A stretch of 64,000 bases of DNA, from assembly GCA_001606155.1 (NCBI GenBank), contig LODT01000028.1:406735-470734 (forward strand). Direction: 5' to 3'. The DNA comes from Tieghemostelium lacteum (taxonomy: Eukaryota). The notes under the pieces were generated by a model. That model saw only the letters and a program-made list of their open reading frames with translations. It had not been told where the DNA came from and ran no database searches. The stretch's first letter is position 1. The number at the start of each line of letters is the position of its first letter. Positions 45,201 through 54,669 of the stretch are shown one piece after another. The translations under genes and the position numbers were made by a program.

Positions 45201-45849
45201 CATTCGTTATGGTGATAAGAAAGAAGCACTTTCTGGAATTGTACAAGCATCTCTTTTGACTAAACACCTTTTATTTGTAGGCTTTAGTCTGGTAGATGAC
45301 AACTTTTATCAAGTAATGTCAGCTGTCAAGAAAGTAACCAACAACACTCAGAAAAAGAAATATGGTACCGTTTTATTCATTCAAAAGAATGACTTAATGT
45401 GTGAACTCTGGGGTGAACATCTAGACATTATCTGCTTTGATACCAGTACCAATGGAAAGTCACAAAGTATTGCAGAGTGTGCTAGAAAACAAGAAATATT
45501 CCTAGAGTATTTGGCATCACTATGTTGTGTCAATAATCATACTAGTCATCTAATGGAAAAAAGATTTGATTGTCTTCTATCGGAAGGTGAGAAAATATTT
45601 AGAGATAAAATTATATCATTTGTAGATGATCTACCTCAAGAAGCAAAAGAAACTCAAGCATTTCATAAATTCCAAGAGTTTCTCGACCAAATTGGTTACA
45701 ATTATGGTGGTTATCAATATCTTCATCAAATACAAAATATTCAAAAATCTTTTCAAAAACCAAAATGGAAGACTTTTGGTGAACCTTCCAATAATAATAA
45801 TAATAATAGTAATAATAATAATAGTAAATCGAACAGTAAAAAGCAATAA
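42223..45849 (+). CDS. Large protein with a low-complexity N-terminal half, a macro-like domain and a SIR2_2 (ThsA/FAM118-type) NAD-binding/NADase-like domain
   Basis: 1,208-aa ORF. The macro-like segment is at about 43950-44480 (HVFILYGNLNKLVVDVKMVPCGNH ... ISLPIVGTGGGGGSYLAGEILTLLINELY ... YDVVLVTNE). The SIR2_2 motifs are at about 44620-45500: FVGSGMSICAGLPNWQYLL, FITTNYDECLE, LKLHGCVKHPQDIVITREDYIRY and LLFVGFSLVDDNF. Confidence 0.8.
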   Translation: MEDLKITSEIKEEKNTDSSTNTKEATDSKSVSDTLINPITNEQSSSLSSTDKPQSPPQKTDDDIVNNNINISISSSGNESTDTLLNTVKSSIDQLPDKEIKDKSNSNESKNSSSSNNNNNGFELFSNESMAITEVTTLQRSRSSLISSASCIPLKTGNNILLNSDENQLDSVQKVSIKSTGPNVDHSLNINNNEKSQSNEKKVKPVKLHLSDNAIPTISSSSSSNVANSSGATSAPVVKYFPLTPYLSKLDQIKIVSDTLSSADQKSPQQSQKALESLLIENKRGTSDMTSLISQADSDNPQTNTTSIPTNENSSTLGFSQDSIDDDELSFDDLNSSSNLTPPTSPIPIQLPPTPNTTPISSPIRSSILTSELLSFASETPQSNTQTIEKPIENEPIETEIKKVDISKEEGKEEVKPSPSIASLVKSEKPSTPTTSTDTTNTNTTQPTTPKQPESPTKNTNNNNNNNNNNNGSKDVFDQFNDHRSSLQFWKEMFKKKKRSNKIEHDNAKIQKAKELEKKHKDEFDKKGPQIQYKKQYKPKEKDGANKTDDDNDYFNRVIDDGFKLTTLPTEAEDDGHVFILYGNLNKLVVDVKMVPCGNHVSSSVALNHWLKHDWAQFPPDIRNNIQVSTSPVDFKRGKDRVYKLQNWPTQYPNISQPWFCNVVPSFYPYPIKAEWYVKGAQEYLNKVGEDLRKTNPPIKNGRAKYLISLPIVGTGGGGGSYLAGEILTLLINELYAASRKWKYDVVLVTNEISMYTAAINKRNELISKNKTFSYNYRTLLGPLMGKAEYLSKLIDKDKLASFVGSGMSICAGLPNWQYLLQMLGEKLGMSKEEIRSMEQLHYLDRATVLEGRWKKALAKYHPPDLSSFKSLYNSNNPDEQSQEEESNIQINKFHQMHKDIYKEVNVPMQTEIANLMKVSHAGLTHFLLTSTNIQEFITTNYDECLEIASKSIDRPVCVLPYENPTLSNKRWVLKLHGCVKHPQDIVITREDYIRYGDKKEALSGIVQASLLTKHLLFVGFSLVDDNFYQVMSAVKKVTNNTQKKKYGTVLFIQKNDLMCELWGEHLDIICFDTSTNGKSQSIAECARKQEIFLEYLASLCCVNNHTSHLMEKRFDCLLSEGEKIFRDKIISFVDDLPQEAKETQAFHKFQEFLDQIGYNYGGYQYLHQIQNIQKSFQKPKWKTFGEPSNNNNNNSNNNNSKSNSKKQ

Positions 45850-45938
45850 CATCAAATAAATAATTTTAAATTGAGAAATGGAAGTATATTCAAAATTTTA
45901 TCAAAGTGCATTATATATTGAATGTAAAGGTCTGTCTT

Positions 45939-46245
45939 TTAGTAGCAACCACCACCTCTTCCATAACCACTATAGACATTGACATTTCCATAGATATTAA
46001 TATCAATATCAGCATAAACTATAGTGTTATAGGTATCACCACCACGACCACCATATGGACACCAACTAGCAGATTTCTCATTTGATTGACCAGAACTAAG
46101 GATGGGACCACTGCTTAAAGATGCATTGGTGACTGATTTGGTTGGGTTTCCGAGAGCTGAGATGGTTTCTATAGAAATTATTTAGAATGTTAATAAATAT
46201 TCTTTATTATCAAATATTTTTATAATATTTACTTAATAATGTCAT
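45939..46245 (-). CDS. HssA/2C/7E-family small Gly-rich protein (80 aa), two exons
   Basis: Exon 1 is a 13-nt micro-exon at 46233..46245 (ATGACATTATTAA) with a GTAAAT donor. The intron is 46169..46232 (64 nt) and ends CTATAG. Exon 2 is 45939..46168. The product is MTLLKTISALGNPTKSVTNASLSS...YGNVNVYSGYGRGGGCY. It is not in the ORF track because it is spliced and short. Confidence 0.7.
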
Positions 46246-46350
46246 TGTTGAATGATGATGAAGTAAAATTTGAAATGTATTTATACGAATTTAAAAGATT
46301 TAAATTAACTGAATGAAGTATTTCCATATTTTATTTTGATATATAATTCG

Positions 46351-46435
46351 TGTGTGTTTCTTTTGGTGTGTTGGGTTTTTTTTAGAAAATATACAAATAC
46401 AGGAGAGTGACGCGAAGTACACACCCCACACACTC
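46351..46435. promoter_or_regulatory. GT-rich and CA-rich G-box-like pair upstream of the HssA-like gene
   Basis: TGTGTGTTTCTTTTGGTGTGTTGGGTT lies at 46351-46377 and ACACACCCCACACACTC at 46419-46435. Confidence 0.35.
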
Positions 46436-47979
46436 TAATTGATTTTTATAATTACTTTTTTCTTTTTTTTTGATTCTCTGATGATGACATTATTATTGAA
46501 AATTGGATTATAGTTTGGTGGTATACCATTTTTATAGTATGCCACTCTTTTTACTTTGGGATTTTGTAAATTTGGTATATGTTCACAAGTTAGATTATAT
46601 TGACCAAAGTTCTTGATAATTTTCATGTCCTTATCAGGTGATGGTACTGAATATTCAATGGAAATACCTAGAAGTTTAGGAGCACCTTCTGGTAAATGTG
46701 AGAAGAGTTTCTCAATGCTATTCTCTTGACTTAGATAATCAGGTGTAATCAAGTGTAATTGTTCTAGTGATTTACTCTGTGATATGGCTTTTGAAAAACA
46801 CCATCCTAATGATCCGTATAGTTCATATCTTGTTATATTCATTGTAAGGATTCTCAGTGACTTACAATCAGTTAGCATGGCTTTAAAGTTTGTACTGGTT
46901 GATAATGAACATTCTTCAGATAGTGTTAGGTTATCAATACGAAGATTTACCAATGACTCTGATTTGTTATTGAGATGTAGATAACTTTCAATACATCCTT
47001 GAAAAGCATGTATAGTAAATGATGTAATATGTTTCAGAAATATCCATCTAGCAAAATAATTTTCATCAGTTATCCAATAAAGATCCAGTGTCTTTATATT
47101 TTCATATTTGTTTAAAAGTGGGAATAGTTCGTTTAGTTCTTGGTATGCATGAACCTTCAATGTCAGAGTAGACAGATTTGTAAGAGAATCAAACATCAAA
47201 AATACAGAAGAAGATATATAACTAATAGTCAGATTCTTTAGTGACTCTACCTGGTTATTGATAATCCTTGGATCCATAGTATAATCATCTGAGATAAACT
47301 TTAATCTCTCTAATCTATTTGGAGCATAAGTTGACAAAAAGTCAATTGAAGTCAATTTACTAGTTGGATGGTGAAAGTTAATTAAACTGGTTGTATTGGG
47401 TTTCTTGAATTCTAAGTGAAATGATGTTATTGATTTTTCAACTGCCAATAACAAAACTTTAAATGTGTCAACATGGTCACGGTTATCGAGTGTCAGAGTA
47501 AGATGTTCTAGATTTGGTATAACCATTGTAGATTGAAAAGGTGGAAGTAAACCATTTATACCAACACTATTCAATTTTAGAGTTTTTAACACAGGAAAGT
47601 TTTTTACAGATAACAAGTTGTGTGATAATTGATTGTAATGGATATCTAATGACTCTACGTGTACAAATAGTGTTGATAAACCTTTAACGAAGGTTAAACC
47701 TGCCATGTTATTTACTGCCATATTTGATATTATCAATGAGCTAGGTAACCCAAGTAAACAGTAAGGACTACGTAAATGTTCAACAGCTTCTCTAATATTA
47801 CCATTATTTTTCATTAAATCCCAAACTGATATAAATTTGAAATAGTGTTTATGTAGATATTCAAATAGTGCCTTATTGACTAACCCTAAATGCATCTTAT
47901 ATCTAAAATCATAATAATCTGTATCAACTACATAATGAATAATTTGATACAACAATACATGAGGTATTGGAAAATACAT
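46435..47979 (-). CDS. F-box-like / LRR-like protein (a family distinct from 40395..41984)
   Basis: 514-aa ORF. The N-terminus FPIPHVLLYQIIHYVV is followed by repeated L..L.L/N-type segments (LKTLKLNSVGINGL, LEHLTLTLDN, LKNLTISYIS, LSTLTLKVHA...). Confidence 0.65.
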   Translation of the reverse strand: MYFPIPHVLLYQIIHYVVDTDYYDFRYKMHLGLVNKALFEYLHKHYFKFISVWDLMKNNGNIREAVEHLRSPYCLLGLPSSLIISNMAVNNMAGLTFVKGLSTLFVHVESLDIHYNQLSHNLLSVKNFPVLKTLKLNSVGINGLLPPFQSTMVIPNLEHLTLTLDNRDHVDTFKVLLLAVEKSITSFHLEFKKPNTTSLINFHHPTSKLTSIDFLSTYAPNRLERLKFISDDYTMDPRIINNQVESLKNLTISYISSSVFLMFDSLTNLSTLTLKVHAYQELNELFPLLNKYENIKTLDLYWITDENYFARWIFLKHITSFTIHAFQGCIESYLHLNNKSESLVNLRIDNLTLSEECSLSTSTNFKAMLTDCKSLRILTMNITRYELYGSLGWCFSKAISQSKSLEQLHLITPDYLSQENSIEKLFSHLPEGAPKLLGISIEYSVPSPDKDMKIIKNFGQYNLTCEHIPNLQNPKVKRVAYYKNGIPPNYNPIFNNNVIIRESKKKKKVIIKIN

Positions 47980-48290
47980 GTATTTATAAATAAATATCTA
48001 ATTTTTCAATCAAAAAATCGATTTTAAAACTGATCAAAAATATTTTTTCAAATATAATTAATAATTTAAATTCAATTAATTTATAATAATTGAATTATAA
48101 ATAAAATTTGTATTAACATTGGTATTTAAGTAACTAGATTGGGGAATGTGGTTTTCAAATTCCCAATTTCACAAGAAGGTCAATCGAAATTTTTTTTTTT
48201 TTGATGGGTCCGTTATTTTTTTTGGTCATACAACTTTTCTGTCAGTTTTTTGTTGTTATTGCACAATAATTATATTAATTCTATTTAAAA

Positions 48291-49008
48291 ATGGGTATGA
48301 TGATGAAAGCTGTAATATTACTCTTGGTAGTATTTTCATTAGTATGTAATCAAATGTACAGTTTTGGGTACCCATAGGTAATGAAGATTTAGAGTCTAAT
48401 TTAAAAGTGAATAGATATCAAGTATATCTTTGGCAGGATATTCATTTACACAGGTACAAAGTAAAGAATTAGGAGGAATTAACATATGTGAAGCTAATAA
48501 TGTGCAATTGAATTTCCCAATTCGAATATATTCTAATAGCACACAAGATGGAAAGGTTGTTGAGGTGTATGGACAGTGTCCATGGGCAACTAAAAACAAT
48601 GCTATTAGAGTTGTAATTGGAATTGTAGGGTTCCTACTTTCATGTGTATTGGGAATTATGGTTGTCAAGGGTAAAACTGGACGTAGTATCGTCTTGGCTG
48701 TTTTGTTGTTGGGTTTAGGTGCAGCAGGTATATACAGTGCCATTATTGATGGTATGAATCTAAAGGATTCGGATTCATTCTGTGAAACAGCTGGAAACTG
48801 TACCACCAAACCATTCATTATCACCATCCTATTGGATGTTTTAAATGCAGTTTTATTAGCTGTATCAGCAATTGTTTTAATTAGATTCAGAAAGAATATT
48901 CATCATCACCATCACCATGAAGATGAAGTTATTCCCGGTAGTGTTGATGAAAAGATTGAAACTACTCCTTTGGTTGGAAATGATCATTCAGCTTCCAATG
49001 CCATTTAA
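48291..49008 (+). CDS. Small multi-pass membrane protein with a His6 run, two exons
   Basis: Exon 1 is 48291..48341 (MGMMMKAVILLLVVFSL) with a GTATGT donor. The intron is 48342..48414 (73 nt) and ends AATAG. Exon 2 is 48415..49008, in phase with track ORF 48430. There are three or four TM segments and the run NIHHHHHHEDE. Confidence 0.65.
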
Positions 49009-49234
49009 AAATATAGAGATAGACATCAACCAACATTCATTTTATATATATTTAAACCTAACCCACACACAAATATCATTAAAGTTTTTTTTTAATTTTT
49101 TATTTTGATTATTCCTTTAATAGAACTTAGAAGAGTAACTATATAATATATACTCTCAATTCATTAATTCCCTCACCCAGATTATTTTTTTTATTGTTTT
49201 TTTTTTAGTTTTTGTTTATTTTTGTAAAAAGGAT

Positions 49235-49500
49235 GAATCCTTCAACAAATCTACAATCACGATGAGAAAATGGATTTGGTCTTTTCTGGAGTGAACCTTT
49301 TTAATGAAAAACTGTTATTAGGATCTGTAGATTAGTGGGAAGAAGAGATATTATCCAATTAGGAATTACACCATATTTATTGGATGTTGCCAAAAACTTT
49401 TCGAATGCCAAACGGGTCAAGTCTATGGTGTAAAAGTTTAAATCTCCACAAATTAATAAATTTGACCAAAAAACTTTTTGAAGATTACTTCAAATTATAT
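49235..49500 (-). mobile_element. Possible relic of an endonuclease/exonuclease/phosphatase (APE-type, non-LTR retrotransposon-like) domain
   Basis: One minus-strand frame reads SNLQKVFWSNLLICGDLNFYTIDLTRLAFEKFLATSNKYGVIPNW...*...NPFSHRDCRFVEG. The GDLN and S.RD.RF spacing resembles the EN-domain GDFN ... SRLDRF motifs. The frame is interrupted by stops, and no RT domain follows. Confidence 0.25.
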
Positions 49501-50114
49501 CAAAGGGGAATTACAAAAATGCATATATTACCAATTTATTAATGTTTTTCCTACATAAATATCTTATGGGGTACTTGCATCCAAACCGAACTGGAGTATA
49601 AAAAAAAAAAAAATAATTTAGTTCCTTCTATTTCTTTTTTCTTTTAATTTAAATAATTTCAATCTAAATCGAACATCATTTATTTCAAAAAAAATTATAA
49701 ATTTTTATTCAATTGTAATTTTATTATAAAAATATTTTAAAACAAATCCTTATTTGTATTTCTATTCTCAAATTAAAAAGAAAAGGTTAAATTTCTTATT
49801 CTTTTTAATATAAATTTTAAATTAATTAAAAAACAATCAACACCATTAAAAAGGTTAAAAACAACACTTTTTATTGTATTTTAGGATCTTTAGGAATTTT
49901 GTGATTCTATTTCAATATCACATCAACGAACATTATAATCAAATTTATTTGTAAGTATATATATATGTCTGAAATTCACTACCCCCACTATTTACAACAC
50001 CACAATAGAAGACCTATTTTAATTACCCTCCATATATCATTAAAACCCAAATTTGTCATTTTCAAATGAATAACCTATTTGTAAACTAGTTTTAACATTA
50101 TGATAAAATGCTTA

Positions 50115-50246
50115 TCATACACACACACATCACCACATTTAATCAAAACAAATATCTTTTTTTAAAAATTTTTTTACAACTTTTTTTTTTATTAATACAA
50201 TAGTTATATGACGTTGATGTAATGGTTGAGTGTGCGTGTGTGTGTT
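50115..50246. promoter_or_regulatory. Inverted (CA)n / (GT)n pair
   Basis: CATACACACACACATCACCACA at 50115-50137 faces GGTTGAGTGTGCGTGTGTGTGTT at 50224-50246, across about 85 nt of A/T runs. A further CA-rich block lies at 51381-51420. Confidence 0.3.
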
Positions 50247-50379
50247 TTATTAATGTCAAATTTTAGTGGTTCTTATTTTTAGAGTAAAGAAACTGTTGTT
50301 GTTATGTTTTTTTTCATTAAAACTTTGAAAAATTACTCAAATTAGAGTAGTCTAATAATTGATCCACACCAAGTAAATA

Positions 50380-50535
50380 CAAATCCTAGAGCAACCGCTA
50401 TATGATAATGGAGCTAAATTCATCAGAATTGCACGGGGTTTGCTCTGAAATTGGGCAAGCTCCAGTGCTGTCATTTCATAGGCACCATTTATAAAATGTG
50501 GTGTAACAATCAGGCCAAATCCAAAAATTTTTTTT
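50380..50535 (-). other. GC-richer island with a 57-codon ATG-less open frame (orphan exon or pseudogene fragment?)
   Basis: FGFGLIVTPHFINGAYEMTALELAQFQSKPRAILMNLAPLSYSGCSRICIYLVWINY* lies inside a 2.8-kb region with no other ORF. The local composition is clearly unlike the flanking AT-rich DNA. Confidence 0.2.
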
Positions 50536-51892
50536 TGTGATTCTACAATTTTGTGTCTATAAATATCAAATCTCTCTAGCAGGAAGTGTGATTTTTTTAA
50601 TATATTAAAAGTGTAATAATGGGGGTTTTATTTATAATTCTAAACTGTTTATCTTTTTGTGATTTTTCATTGTAATCAATGATTTAAAAAAAGTCTCTAC
50701 ACTCTTTTTTTAAAATTAAATCATTGCTTTATAAATCTCAGTTTTCTTGTTGTTATAAATATAAAAACAATTAATAATTGAAAAGACAATACTCAACTTT
50801 CTCAATTATCTAATTTAAATAATATTCTTTTATTTTTTTTTTCAAATAAATTTCATCGTTTATATAATACTTCAATTACTTGTATATACTCACTTCACCA
50901 ATTGAATTATATATGACATTTTAAACACCTTTTGTACAAAAATTTTAATAATTATTAATATAATATATATATATATAAATTGTAAATTTAGATATTTGAT
51001 TTCCACATTTTAAATCAGAGTTATTATTATCATTTTTAATTGAATTGTAATTATAACTAAACCGCTGTGACAACAACTACACCAGCACTATCTTTTTTGA
51101 TTTTCAAATTCAACTACTTTCCAGAGTAAACCCCTCACACTAAAAGGTAAATAGATCATTGTGAATTAATTGGTTAATCTCATACTAACATGTTTCCATT
51201 CTATTAAAAACTGATCAAATAACACAACAAAAAACCTATCTTTTAATTTGCTGTTTGTTTGTTAACTTTTAATTTGCTCTCTTTATGAAATCAGATTTCA
51301 TCACCACTTAACATTCCTATCAAATTTGCAGCAGTAAAAACATCAACACCCAAATACTCCCCACTCCTTTTTTTAAAAACCACTACCCCCCATAAACCCA
51401 CCACACACTGACTCACACAAAAAACTTTTAAAATTATATTTTGGGTGTCATTTTAATTTGAATCAAAGTTGTTTAAAAGAAATTTTAAAATTCATCCCTA
51501 TCACATTTTAATATAATTTGCTGCTTGTTTGTTGCTGTTGTTGAACAAATTCTATTTATAACTCGATTATTTATAGAGTAGTTTTAGTAACTTTTTTTTT
51601 TTTTTATACTGTTTTACTCCTCTATTTGTTTGGTTATGATCTATTGATTTACATCAATCAATTATTACAATAACCTAAACCATTTTATTCTAAATAACAA
51701 AACTAATTTATCCGATTTTCAATTTATATACATATAAAAAAATATATTCAACATCATTCCAAATTTTAGAATTTGTAGTAAATTATTTAATTTTAATTTA
51801 TTAAAATATATTTATTTCCTTATTTATATTTTTCTTTGACATATTATATATAAATATTGTTGTATTATCCTATATATAAAAACTATTACAAT

Positions 51893-52802
51893 ATGGAATC
51901 CTATCGTCAATCAACTCTATTAGAAAATATAAAATCTTCAATTCCATCTAGAGAATTTTCTGAAAAAGAAAAAGATAGTTTATTGTTAGAGATTTTAAAT
52001 CAATGTATAGTAAACTTGGTTAAAATTGGTGATAAAGTATGTATTGTTGAACTTCACTAATTGTCATATTATACATAATAAATATTAATATTTAATTATT
52101 TAATAATTTCAGAATGGAAGAGATACACATGAACAATTTATGCCACCAAATAAGAAATTACCAACCATCAGTATTAAAGATTATCTAGCAAGATTAATGA
52201 AATATTCTCCATGTTCCAAAGAATGTTTTGTAGCATCTCTATTGTATATGGATAGATTAACTGTAGAATGTGGTTTGATATTAAACTCATATAATATTCA
52301 CAGAATTCTTATTACAACTGTATTAATTTCAACTAAATATATGGATGATATGTAAGTTGTTTATTATAATATTGTAGTTCTATGAAACAAATCAAATTCT
52401 AATAACTTTTTTATATATATTAGATTTTATAATAATGAATTTTATTCACAAGTTGGTGGTATAAGCCTAAAAGAAATGAATAATCTAGAATTAGAATTCC
52501 TTAAGCTTTTGAAATTCTCTGCATTTTGTTCAGTTCCGATCCTAAATGATTATCAAAGAGAAATCGAAGCCTGTAAAGACAGATATCTATCCTACCTTAA
52601 CCCAAGCAGTGTTGGTAAACTGTTGATAATTTCACCATTAGAATACTCCCCTTCTAATTTGTCACCTAGAAGAACTCATTCACCACAAGTACCAAACTCT
52701 GGTCCATATTATCAATCATCTAGAAGAGGTTCATGTGATTATGATCCAAATTTTCGAGTAGTTCCAAACAATAACACAATCAATTCAAATTGTGCTGCCT
52801 AA
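51893..52802 (+). CDS. PHO80-like (cyclin U/P-type) cyclin, three exons
   Basis: Exons 51893..52036, 52113..52351 and 52424..52802 (762 nt, 254 codons). The introns run GTATGT..TTTCAG and GTAAGT..ATTAG. The spliced product reads ..ISTKYMDD|IFYNNEFYSQVGGISLKEMNNLELEFLKLLKF.., the PHO80-cyclin signature. Confidence 0.8.
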
Positions 52803-53569
52803 GAAAGTAAAAAAACAAAAATAATAATAATAATACCTCAACTAAAATAATATAATATCTCCTGATCATCTCTATCATACCTCTCCCCCTTTGGTTTGAT
52901 CAACCAAATATAGAAAAAATATTTTTAATTTTTAAATCTATTATTTGTAATAATAGAACAAAGAACTCAAACTAATAATGAAAACAACAGATTTTTATAA
53001 TTAAATAAATTAATCATAATGTGATTTTAAATGTACATACCTCCTTAAAGAACAAGAATAGAAGAAATTCTCTGCACATAGTCATTTCTGTCTTTTCATT
53101 TAATTTATAAAGTCAATTTTAGATGTTTACACTATTTTATGTCGATATTACCCAAAAATAAATACAAAAAAGAATTTAATTTATGATGAGATTACATTCA
53201 ACATAAAATCCCCAACTCGAGCAGTAAATTTCTTTTTTTTTTAAATTTATTTTTTTTTTTTTTTCTCATTCAATTCAATTTCGTTAATTTCTTCCCTTTC
53301 CCGACCACATTTAATTATCACACCACACTTCTTTGTTTTTTAGTTGTTTTTGTTTTTTTTTTTTAATTATATATAATTAATTTATCTATTTGTACAACTA
53401 TATTCTCAATTTTTCAATTTTTATTTATACAATCAAGTAATATCTAATCTCAAAACTATTATTTGTCCAAAAATTTTTTTTAAAAGATATATTACCACCT
53501 TTCACAAATTACCAATACCAAAAAGAAATATTATAATTTGATTTTAGATTTTTAGATATATTAGGAAAA

Positions 53570-54601
53570 ATGTGTAGATTTATATATTATCTAGGACCAC
53601 CAACCAAGTTATCTACAATTATATCAGAGCCATCACACGGATTGATTAATCAATCACTGCATTCTACATGTCCAGGATTAACATTGAATGCTGATGGATT
53701 TGGAGTTGCATGGTATAACGATTTCTCTGCAATTCCTGGTGTATTTAAAGATATTACACCTGCATGGTCAAATATAAATCTGCGACAATTGGCAAAGAGT
53801 ACCAAGAGTTCATGCATTATGGCACATGTTAGAGCTGCCTCTGCAGGTGCTATTGTGAATACCAATTGCCATCCATTCACTTTTAAAAACCTCTCCTTTA
53901 TGCACAATGGTACCATTACCTACTTTTCTAAACTAAAGAGAAGCATTCTATCTATGCTCTCTGATACTGCTTTTGAAATGATAAAAGGTACTACCGATTC
54001 CGAAGTACTATTTGCACTATTTATTACAAACTACGAAAAAGAGATAAAATACGTTCAAGAACAGGTTAAACCCTCCGGTGCTGTTTATTACAGTACACAC
54101 TGTCAATTGGAGATGGAGGAGAAACCATACCCTCCAACAGGTATTGATGTTCTTCCCAAAGTTCTAAGGGAGACCATTCAACAGATACACAGATTGATTC
54201 TGGAATTTGAAATTCAACAGGAAATTTTACCAAAAGACTATCAAGTCGAATCTGGTGCCTCTATGAATCACACTCATACATGCTCTAAATTGAATCTGGC
54301 TGTTACAGATGGTGTAAATGTAGTTGTGAGTCGTTATGCAACTGGACAAATTGAGAATGCACATACACTCTATTGGTCAAGAGGTACAACTATTCAATGT
54401 GACTCTGGTCACTGTAAAATTGGAAGATCTTGCGAACTATCTCCAATGTCTTTACAATACGGTCAAGGAAATACAATTCAACATTCTCTAGTCATAAGTT
54501 CAGAACCACTAGCTCAAGATTTCAAATGTGAAGAAGTACCAATCAATCATATGGTGATAGGTAATTGTCATGGTGGATTTTCAATAGACGCAATAAATTA
54601 A
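53570..54601 (+). CDS. Class-II (Ntn-type) glutamine amidotransferase-like protein (YafJ/EgtC-like)
   Basis: 343-aa ORF starting MCRFIYYLG, so Cys2 is the nucleophile. It also contains DGFGVAWY, MAHVRAAS and NCHPF..FMHNG, typical of the GATase_4/6 families. Confidence 0.75.
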   Translation: MCRFIYYLGPPTKLSTIISEPSHGLINQSLHSTCPGLTLNADGFGVAWYNDFSAIPGVFKDITPAWSNINLRQLAKSTKSSCIMAHVRAASAGAIVNTNCHPFTFKNLSFMHNGTITYFSKLKRSILSMLSDTAFEMIKGTTDSEVLFALFITNYEKEIKYVQEQVKPSGAVYYSTHCQLEMEEKPYPPTGIDVLPKVLRETIQQIHRLILEFEIQQEILPKDYQVESGASMNHTHTCSKLNLAVTDGVNVVVSRYATGQIENAHTLYWSRGTTIQCDSGHCKIGRSCELSPMSLQYGQGNTIQHSLVISSEPLAQDFKCEEVPINHMVIGNCHGGFSIDAIN

Positions 54602-54669
54602 CAATTCTAGAGATACCCACTTTTTATAATATATATATATATTCCTCATATACCCAAAAAACACTTTGT

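Noticed and set aside
42501-45859. Short ORFs overlapping the SIR2-domain gene (42501..42701, 42980..43285, 43365..43631, 43634..43918, 45626..45859, 45631..45855)
   Set aside because: They are alternative-frame or antisense readings of poly-Asn/Ser/Thr and Lys-rich low-complexity segments.
50380-50545. Possible snRNA/Pol III ncRNA (GC-richer segment ending in AATTTTTTTTTTG)
   Set aside because: I could not find any conserved U1/U2/U4/U5/U6 or SRP/class-I RNA sequence blocks, nor an upstream DUSE element at the expected distance.
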